From contig JBKPAK010000196.1 of NCBI GenBank assembly GCA_046726415.1, positions 1 to 23,246 of the forward strand: DNA of 23,246 nt, written 5' to 3'. Source of the DNA: Candidatus Methylomirabilota bacterium (lineage in GTDB: Bacteria; Methylomirabilota; Methylomirabilia; Rokubacteriales; CSP1-6). Position 1 is the first letter of the stretch. Each line of letters opens with the position of its first letter. Position numbers and translations under genes: made by a program. This document shows positions 16,867 through 23,246 of this stretch, in pieces. The notes under the pieces were generated by a model. The model was given only the letters and a program-made list of their open reading frames with translations, had not been told where the DNA came from and did no database searches.

Positions 16867-19800
16867 GCCGCCGCTTCTGCTCGAGGTGCGGAGCGGGCCT
16901 GGCGACCGCCTGTCCATCATGCGCCTTCACCAACGAGCCGGGCGACGAGTTCTGCGGGGGATGTGGCGCTCGTCTTGGCGATGTCCAGCCGGCCCAAACG
17001 AAGTTCACCTCCCCTGACATCTACACCCCGAAGCACCTCGCCGAGAAGATCCTCACGTCGAAGAGCGCACTGGAAGGCGAGCGCAAGCAGGTGACCGTGC
17101 TGTTCGCCGACCTCAAAGGCTCGATGGAGCTGCTCGTCGACCGCGACCCCGAAGAGGCGCGCAAGCTCCTCGACCCCGTGCTGGAGCGCATGATGGAGGC
17201 GGTCCACCGGTACGAGGGCACGGTCAACCAGGTGATGGGAGACGGGATCATGGCACTCTTCGGCGCGCCGCTCGCCCACGAGGACCACGGGGTGCGCGCC
17301 TGCTATGCGGCGCTGCGGATGCAGGAGTCGGTCAAGCGGTACGCGGACGAGGTCCGTCGCTCTCAGGCAAGCGAAGTCCACATTCGCGTCGGTCTCAACT
17401 CCGGCGAGGTCGTCGTCCGCGCCATCGGCAGCGATCTCCACATGGACTACACCGCGGTCGGGCAGACCACCCACCTCGCCGCCCGGATGGAGCAGTTAGC
17501 CACGCCGGGAAGCGTTCGGCTCACCGCCGAGACCCTGCGGCACGCCGAAGGGTACGTGGAGGTGAAGCCCCTCGGGCCAATCCCGGTCAAGGGACTCCCC
17601 GAGCCCATCGAGGTCTACGACTTGGTCGGGCCAGGAGCTGTGCGCTCGAGGCTTCATGCCGCCGTCGCCCGCGGGCTCACCCGTTTTGTTGGCCGCGACA
17701 GCGAACTGGACCAACTTGCCCAGGCCCTCGAGCGGGCTGGGCATGGGCATGGCCAGATCGTGGCAGTGGTGGGCGAGCCCGGAGTCGGAAAGTCACGACT
17801 CTATTGGGAGTTCACTCACTCGCCTCCAACCAAGAACTGGCTGCTTCTTGAGAGCGGTTCGGTCTCGTACGGAAAAGCCACCCCGTACCTCCCGGTGATC
17901 GGTTTACTGAGGGCCTACTTTCAGGTTGAGGATCGAGATACTCCACGCAAGATCCACGAGAAGATCACGGGAAGAGTGATGTCGCTCGACCATGCCCTCG
18001 AACCCTTCCTCCCTGCGCTCCTTGGACTGTTGGACGTTCCCGTCGAGGATCCCCAGTGGGAACGGCTCGATCCCCCTCAGCGACGCTTGCGGACCCTAGA
18101 GGCCGTCAAACATCTGCTCAATCGCGAGAGCCATGTTCAACCTCTCGTCGTGCAAATCGAGGATCTTCACTGGATTGATGCGGAGACGCAGGCATCGTTG
18201 GACAATCTGGTTGAAAGCCTCCCGGGTTCGCGCATTTTACTCCTCCTCAGCTACCGCCCGGAATACCAGCACCGCTGGAGCAACAAGGCCTACTATCGCC
18301 AACTCCGAATCGACGCACTCCCCCAAGACGGCGCGGACCAATTGCTCCAGTCGTTGCTCGGAGATGATGCGCAGCTCCAGCCCCTCAAACGCTTATTGAT
18401 CAGGCGGACGGAAGGCAATCCCCTCTTCCTCGAAGAGAGCGTCAGAGCACTCGTCGAGACGCGGGCCCTGCGGGGTGAACGTGGCGCGTATCAGCTCGCC
18501 AAGCCGCTCGGGACCATTCAGATCCCTTCGACGGTGCAAGTAATTCTGGCCGCTCGGATAGACCGCCTTCGCCCCGAGGATAAGCAGCTATTGCAAGCGG
18601 CCTCCGTCATTGGCGACGACGTGCCATTCAACCTTCTCCGAGCCATCGCCGGCGTTTCTGACGAGGCACTTCAGCAGGGACTGGGGAGGCTGCAGAGCGC
18701 AGACTTTCTGTTTGAGACCCGGCTCTTCCCAGACCTGGAGTACGCCTTCAAGCACGGGCTCACCCATCAGGTCGCCTATCACAGTCTTCTCCAGGATCGA
18801 CGGCGCGCGCTTCACGCGGCGATCGTGGGCGCGATTGAGGCGTTCTATCCCGACCGATTGACCGAGCAGGTCGAGCAGCTGGCGCGCCATGCCTTCAGAG
18901 GCGAGCTCTGGGATCAGGCACTCACCTACCTGGGCCAGGCGGGCGCGAAAGCGGCCGCGCGTTCCGCATATTACGAAGCGGCCGAGTACTTTGAACGCGC
19001 CCTTGAAGCGAACACGAACCTTGTGCCGGACCGAGTCTCGATCGAGCACGCCATCGAACTTCGCTTTGCTTTGCGAAATGCGTTGTGGCCGGTCGGCGCT
19101 TTTGCCCGCATCTTGCCCCACCTCCTGGAGGCACAGAGCGCGGCGCATTCTCTCGGCGATGGACCGCGTGTCGGGCGCGCGTACTCCTACATTACCCAGT
19201 ACTTCTGGATGGTGGGTGAACAGACTCGGGCGATCGAGGCAGGCCATCAGGCCCTGTCGATCGGCCGGTCCCTCAAAGACCTGTCGGTGCTCGTGCCGAC
19301 AAATCTCCATCTGGGCCTGGCGTTTCATGCCAGTGGCGACTATCCGAAGGCCGTCGAGGTCCTCCTGCGGAATGTCGACATTTGTCGCGGAGATCTGGCG
19401 CGCGAGCACTTTGGATTAGCGGCCCTTCCGTCAGTGTACTCACGGACATGGGCGGCATGGTCCCTGGCCGAACTTGGCGAGTTCTCGGAAGCGATCCAGC
19501 GCGGACAGGAAGAGAAGGAGATAGCGGACACCGCCGGTCACCCATTGACGCGCGTCAGTGCGTACCTGGGCATTGGTTACGTCTATCTTCGGAAGGGGGA
19601 ATGGGCCGAGGCCATAGCGGCGCTAGAACCCGCGCTGGAGTGGTGCCAAACTCTGGCGGTGCCCTTCTGGCTGCCGGTGGCATCCTCCTTACTGGGCTAT
19701 GCATACGCGCAGTCCGGACGGATCGCGGAGGGTTTACCTTTGCTCGAGGCTGCGGTGGAGCGTGCCGCGTCAACGGGCAGGAAGGTCGATCAGGCGCTGT

Positions 19801-20195
19801 GGTCGGCGCACCTGAGCGAAACGCACGTGCTGGCCGGTCATATCGAGGAGGGTCGCCGGATCGCGACAGCAGCGCTTGCCCTCGCCCGCAGCCACGGCGA
19901 GAAGGGGAACGAGGCCCACGTCCTCCGTCTCTTGGCGATCCTCGGCTCAGGACGTGACCCTGTGTACATCGCGGATGTGCCACGAGACTTCGACCAAGCA
20001 CTGCATGTGGCGACGAACCTGAGTATGCGCCCCCTCGTCGCGCACTGCCGCCTCGGCCTCGGCAAGCTCTACCACCGTACGGGCGACCGCGCAAAGACCG
20101 AGGAGCACCTGGCGACCGCGGCGGCCATGTACGGCGAGATGGACATGCGGTTCTGGCTCGAGCAGGCGGAAGCGGGGCTGAGGGGACTCGGCTGA
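16830..20195 (+). CDS. double-zinc-ribbon + class III nucleotide cyclase + STAND-type ATPase + TPR protein (1121 aa)
   Basis: Four CxxC pairs (CTRC, CSRC, CPSC, CGGC); 'ERKQVTVLFADLKGS', 'MGDGIMALFG' and 'RVGLNSG'; Walker A GEPGVGKS; 'EDLHW'; 'GNPLFLEE'; 'ARIDRL'; 'FKHGL'; helical repeats to the C-terminus. Confidence 0.95.
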   Translation: MLCTRCRTENREGRRFCSRCGAGLATACPSCAFTNEPGDEFCGGCGARLGDVQPAQTKFTSPDIYTPKHLAEKILTSKSALEGERKQVTVLFADLKGSMELLVDRDPEEARKLLDPVLERMMEAVHRYEGTVNQVMGDGIMALFGAPLAHEDHGVRACYAALRMQESVKRYADEVRRSQASEVHIRVGLNSGEVVVRAIGSDLHMDYTAVGQTTHLAARMEQLATPGSVRLTAETLRHAEGYVEVKPLGPIPVKGLPEPIEVYDLVGPGAVRSRLHAAVARGLTRFVGRDSELDQLAQALERAGHGHGQIVAVVGEPGVGKSRLYWEFTHSPPTKNWLLLESGSVSYGKATPYLPVIGLLRAYFQVEDRDTPRKIHEKITGRVMSLDHALEPFLPALLGLLDVPVEDPQWERLDPPQRRLRTLEAVKHLLNRESHVQPLVVQIEDLHWIDAETQASLDNLVESLPGSRILLLLSYRPEYQHRWSNKAYYRQLRIDALPQDGADQLLQSLLGDDAQLQPLKRLLIRRTEGNPLFLEESVRALVETRALRGERGAYQLAKPLGTIQIPSTVQVILAARIDRLRPEDKQLLQAASVIGDDVPFNLLRAIAGVSDEALQQGLGRLQSADFLFETRLFPDLEYAFKHGLTHQVAYHSLLQDRRRALHAAIVGAIEAFYPDRLTEQVEQLARHAFRGELWDQALTYLGQAGAKAAARSAYYEAAEYFERALEANTNLVPDRVSIEHAIELRFALRNALWPVGAFARILPHLLEAQSAAHSLGDGPRVGRAYSYITQYFWMVGEQTRAIEAGHQALSIGRSLKDLSVLVPTNLHLGLAFHASGDYPKAVEVLLRNVDICRGDLAREHFGLAALPSVYSRTWAAWSLAELGEFSEAIQRGQEEKEIADTAGHPLTRVSAYLGIGYVYLRKGEWAEAIAALEPALEWCQTLAVPFWLPVASSLLGYAYAQSGRIAEGLPLLEAAVERAASTGRKVDQALWSAHLSETHVLAGHIEEGRRIATAALALARSHGEKGNEAHVLRLLAILGSGRDPVYIADVPRDFDQALHVATNLSMRPLVAHCRLGLGKLYHRTGDRAKTEEHLATAAAMYGEMDMRFWLEQAEAGLRGLG

Positions 20196-20224
20196 TGGCT
20201 TGCCCCGGACCGAGAGCCGCGAGG
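20145..20224 (+). repeat. imperfect direct repeat, copy 2, including the 5' stub of a third paralog
   Basis: Same TGATG overlap (ATG 20195), then GCTTGCCC-CCGGACCGAGAGCCGCGAGG, resembling the start (M.C..CRTENRE) of the intact gene. Confidence 0.8.
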
Positions 20225-20234
20225 ACAGCGGGCG

Positions 20235-20460
20235 GGGGAGCTGCTCGAGGCTCATGCCGGTCAGACGGGAGGCGGCGCGCCTCAGCGGAATACCCTGGCC
20301 CTCTCGCCGGCACACACGTTCACTTCCCGTCTCGTGGTCACTAGGGTAGACTGACGTACCGTCCAGGAACTCGGTGGATGGCACACGCTCGGTGTGGTGC
20401 AGCGTTGCGCCCACCTCGCACCAGACCATTTGGCCGCGGCTGTCAGAGAAGATCGGTGCG
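20235..20460 (+). mobile_element. tyrosine recombinase (phage integrase) C-terminal relic
   Basis: EAARLSGIPWPSRRH [2-nt AC duplication] TFTSRLVVTRVD*RTVQELGGWHTLGVVQRCAHLAPDHLAAAV, matching the integrase pattern H..RHTFASRL...GVDLRTVQEL.G......RY.HL. In-frame TGA at 20352-20354; the catalytic Tyr position reads TGC (Cys) at 20406-20408. Confidence 0.85.
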
Positions 20461-20577
20461 ACGTCGGCGGGCCGACCATGGAGCTCGTGCTGGGGAACTT
20501 CGGGAAACCGTCGAGCCCTGCGGGCGGGAAATAGAGCGCGAGGGGAAAGCGTCCGACATATCGTTGAAAAGATTCGC

Positions 20578-20672
20578 GGAGGGGTGGCCGAGCCCGGTTG
20601 AAGGCGTCCGACTCGAAATCGGATAGGGGCCCAGAAGGTCCCTCGGGGGTTCAAATCCTCTCCCCTCCGCCA
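20578..20672 (+). tRNA. tRNA-Ser (anticodon CGA)
   Basis: Acceptor GGAGGGG/CCCCTCC-G-CCA, anticodon arm TCCGA-CTCGAAA-TCGGA, long variable arm, GTTCAAATC T-loop. Confidence 0.96.
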
Positions 20673-20692
20673 ATTTTTGGCTTCGTGACACT

Positions 20693-20787
20693 GGAGGGGT
20701 GACCGAGCGGCCGAAGGTGCGGCACTGGAAATGCCGTGCACGGGGCGAACCCCTGTGCCGTGGGTTCAAATCCCACCCCCTCCGCCA
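20693..20787 (+). tRNA. tRNA-Ser (anticodon GGA)
   Basis: Acceptor GGAGGGG/CCCCTCC-G-CCA, anticodon arm CGGCA-CTGGAAA-TGCCG, long variable arm, GGTTCAAATCC. Confidence 0.96.
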
Positions 20788-20843
20788 CACTTCGCAACTT
20801 CAGCAGTGAGGCGCGAACCCACATCGCGGTAGTCTAGGGCGTG

Positions 20844-21110
20844 GCCGTGCTAGATGGGGAGTTAGCGGTGCCCTGTAACCCGCAATCCGCTTCAGCGGGG
20901 TCGAACTCCCTCTCGAGGGCGGTTCGTGTTGAATGAGCCTCATGGGGCGGCGTTGAAGATTGGGCCCCACGCAACGGGAATCGTCGAACCCCGCCAGGCC
21001 CGGAAGGGAGCAACGGTAAGGCGACCCCCTCGTGTGCCGTGGGAGTACCTGATCGGAGTCGATCCTGTGGGGAGATCGCAGTACGGGCCGTTCGGAGGAG
21101 GGTGCACGGC
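20844..21110 (+). ncRNA. ffs: signal recognition particle RNA, large bacterial type with Alu domain
   Basis: Terminal helix GCCGTGC/GCACGGC; Alu-like 'GGGGAGTTAGCGGTGCCCTGTAACCCGCAATCCGCT'; helix 8 'GCCAGGCCCGGAAGGGAGCAAC'; lies directly upstream of dnaX; possible -10 TAGTCT at 20830-20835. Confidence 0.93.
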
Positions 21111-21113
21111 TAC

Positions 21114-22868
21114 ATGAGTAGCTATCAGGTCCTGGCTCGGAAATGGCGTCCACAGGCATTCGAGGCGGTGGTGGGGCAGGATGCCATCACCCGCACCCTC
21201 CGGAATGCCCTCGCCTCGGGCCGGATCGCGCATGCCTACCTCTTCGCGGGCCCGCGGGGCATCGGCAAGACCACCACCGCGCGGCTGCTCGCCCGCGCGC
21301 TGCTTTGCCTGGCCCGGACGACACCCGAGCCCTGCGGCCGGTGCGACGCCTGTGCCGACGCCGCGTCCGTCGATGTCATTGAGATCGACGGCGCCTCCAA
21401 TCGCGGCATCGAGGAGATCCGCACGCTGCGCGAGAACGTCAAATATGCGCCTACACGCGGCCGCTACAAGGTCTACATCATCGACGAGGTGCATCAGCTC
21501 ACCGAGGCGGCCTTCAACGCCCTGCTCAAGACCCTGGAGGAGCCGCCCGCGCATGTGGTCTTCATCCTCGCCACCACTGATCCGCGCGACATCCCGGCCA
21601 CCGTGCTCTCTCGGGTCCAGCGCTTTGACTTTCGTCCGATGGCGCCCGATCTGCTGGCCAAGACGCTCGAGCGCGTGCTGATCGAGGAGAAAATTCCCTT
21701 TGATCCCGCGGCGCTGCCACCGCTGGTGCGGGCCGCGGCCGGGTCGCTCCGCGACGCTCTCTCACTGTTGGACACCGCCATCGCCTACGGCGATGGACGC
21801 CTGGAAGCGGATGCCGCGGCCGGACTGCTCGGCACCACCGCCCCCGCCGAGGTGCGGGCCTTCGCCGCGGCCCTGCTCGCCTACGACACCGGGGCGGCCC
21901 TAGAGGCAGTCGACCGGGCCGAGCGCGATGGCGAAGATCTCCACGCCTTCATCCGCGACGTCATCGAGACACTGCGGCTGACCCTGGTGCTCAAGGCGTC
22001 GCCCACGACGAGGCTCGCAGAGTTGACCCCGGCCGAGGGCAACGAGTTGCGCAAGCTCGGAGAGTCCCTCGCGCTCGATGAGATCCTCTACGTGCTTCGC
22101 GCTCTTCTTGACGCGGACGAGATGATGCGCGATTCGTCTCATCCTCGGGTGGAGCTGGAGATCGCCACCGTTCGCGCCACGCGCCGCCCGGTGCCGCAAG
22201 CCTTGGAGGACGTCCTCCGCCGCGTAGACGAGGCAGAGGCGCGCCTGCGCGCGGCCACCCTAACGGGAAGCGTGCCGGGCCCGCCGGTGCAGCAGAGTAT
22301 CCCCGACACCGCGCCGGAGCCGTCGTCCCCCGGTTTGTCGGGCCTGACCACCCCCCTGGCTGCTCCCCGTCGAGGCCCTTCTAAGGATTCCCGCGGTGAC
22401 CCATCGTCGCCGCGCAGCGCTGGAGCTGAGGAGGCACCCGTGCTGCCGCGGCCGGCGCCACCTCCGCGAGCGGCGCCACCGGCCGGAGCGCCGGAGAACG
22501 CAGTGAGTCCCTCGATCGATCTCGCGGAGGCATGGCAGCGCGTGACCGAAGAGGTCCACCGCAAGCGCGCGTTGCTGGGAGCGGTGCTCGCCCAGGTTCG
22601 GCCGGCGGGCCTGGAGGCCGGGACACTAACCCTTGTGCTGGCCGGCAACCAATTTCACCGCGACCGTCTGCTCGAACCGTTGAACCAGGACATTCTCGGC
22701 CAGGCGGTCCGCCGGTGGGTGTCGGGCGCGCAGAGCTTCACCATCGCCATGGAAGGCGAGACGGACGCAAGTCCCCGCGCGCACCCGACGGTCCAGGCCG
22801 CGATGGCCGAGTTCCAGGGCGAGATCGTGGCGGTGCGCGCCCGCTCGCCGGAAGGAGACGCGCAGTGA
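21114..22868 (+). CDS. dnaX: DNA polymerase III subunit gamma/tau
   Basis: 'YQVLARKWRPQ.F..VVGQ', 'HAYLF.GPRGIGKTT', Zn motif C...PCGRCDAC, 'EIDGASN', 'IIDEVH', 'FNALLKTLEEPP' and 'GSLRDALSLLD'; Pro/Ala-rich linker. Confidence 0.97.
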   Translation: MSSYQVLARKWRPQAFEAVVGQDAITRTLRNALASGRIAHAYLFAGPRGIGKTTTARLLARALLCLARTTPEPCGRCDACADAASVDVIEIDGASNRGIEEIRTLRENVKYAPTRGRYKVYIIDEVHQLTEAAFNALLKTLEEPPAHVVFILATTDPRDIPATVLSRVQRFDFRPMAPDLLAKTLERVLIEEKIPFDPAALPPLVRAAAGSLRDALSLLDTAIAYGDGRLEADAAAGLLGTTAPAEVRAFAAALLAYDTGAALEAVDRAERDGEDLHAFIRDVIETLRLTLVLKASPTTRLAELTPAEGNELRKLGESLALDEILYVLRALLDADEMMRDSSHPRVELEIATVRATRRPVPQALEDVLRRVDEAEARLRAATLTGSVPGPPVQQSIPDTAPEPSSPGLSGLTTPLAAPRRGPSKDSRGDPSSPRSAGAEEAPVLPRPAPPPRAAPPAGAPENAVSPSIDLAEAWQRVTEEVHRKRALLGAVLAQVRPAGLEAGTLTLVLAGNQFHRDRLLEPLNQDILGQAVRRWVSGAQSFTIAMEGETDASPRAHPTVQAAMAEFQGEIVAVRARSPEGDAQ

Positions 22869-23179
22869 AGGGCTTCGGCAACATCATGAAAGAAGCGCAG
22901 AAGCTCCAGCAGCAGATGGAGAAGATCCAGGCCGAAGTCGCCCTCAAGAAGGTCGAGGCCACGGCTGGGGGAGGCATGGTCACCGTGGAGGCCAACGGCA
23001 AGCAAGAGATCGTCGCCATCAAGATCGACCCCGAAGTGATCAATAAGGAAGACGCGCAGATGCTGGAGGATCTCGTGCTGGCCGCCTGCAACGAGGCGCT
23101 GCGCAAGTCGCGGGAGATGATGCAGCAGGAGCTGGGCAAGCTGACGGGCGGCCTGCGCATTCCCGGCCTCGGCGGGTAG
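22865..23179 (+). CDS. ybaB: YbaB/EbfC family nucleoid-associated protein
   Basis: GTG overlaps the dnaX stop; 'MKEAQKLQ', 'AGGGMVTV', 'MLEDLVLAA.NEA' and 'LTGG..IPG'. Confidence 0.95.
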   Translation: MKGFGNIMKEAQKLQQQMEKIQAEVALKKVEATAGGGMVTVEANGKQEIVAIKIDPEVINKEDAQMLEDLVLAACNEALRKSREMMQQELGKLTGGLRIPGLGG

Positions 23180-23246
23180 GAGGATGAGGGGGAAACGAGG
23201 GGGGCCACGGCTGGGCCGGGGAACCCCGAGCGTAGGGGGGCGTGGG

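Noticed and set aside
19947-20741. 264-aa minus-strand ORF
   Set aside because: Overlaps two tRNAs, the integrase relic and the STAND gene end on the opposite strand.
21114-22868. Programmed -1 frameshift or slippage site producing the gamma subunit
   Set aside because: No A-AAA-AAG heptamer or long A run was seen in the linker region.
23180-23246. G-rich stretch after ybaB, possibly a REP-like repeat or the lead-in to recR
   Set aside because: Cut by the window edge, single copy here, and no recR coding sequence visible.

Overview
GC-rich bacterial chromosomal window. The DZR-cyclase-ATPase-TPR family with an 'MRFWLEQAE' tail and the long SRP RNA suggest Ca. Rokubacteria/Methylomirabilota, but that is inference only. 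The left part holds the 3' end of a galactose-oxidase-like surface protein, a frameshifted and truncated AmmeMemoRadiSam-type radical SAM gene preceded by two translationally coupled micro-ORFs, and a small hypothetical gene. Next is a five-gene minus-strand signalling operon: orphan 172-aa protein, family-5 solute-binding protein without permeases, HAMP-GAF histidine kinase, stand-alone receiver and sigma-54 activator. It is divergent from a CHASE2 class III cyclase, with a symmetric -24/-12-like motif between them. The middle holds a headless gene fragment, a GltI-like binding protein, sthA, a Zn-dependent dehydrogenase and tadA. About 5 kb of decayed accessory DNA separates tadA from the core block tRNA-Ser(CGA), tRNA-Ser(GGA), large SRP RNA, dnaX, ybaB/ebfC. 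This insert carries a lipoprotein, a tandem array of NLR-like nucleotide-cyclase STAND genes (collapsed pseudogene, intact copy, stub of a third copy, joined by TGATG overlaps) and a tyrosine-integrase relic beside the tRNA. Both cyclases have Gln where the purine-specifying Lys/Glu is expected.
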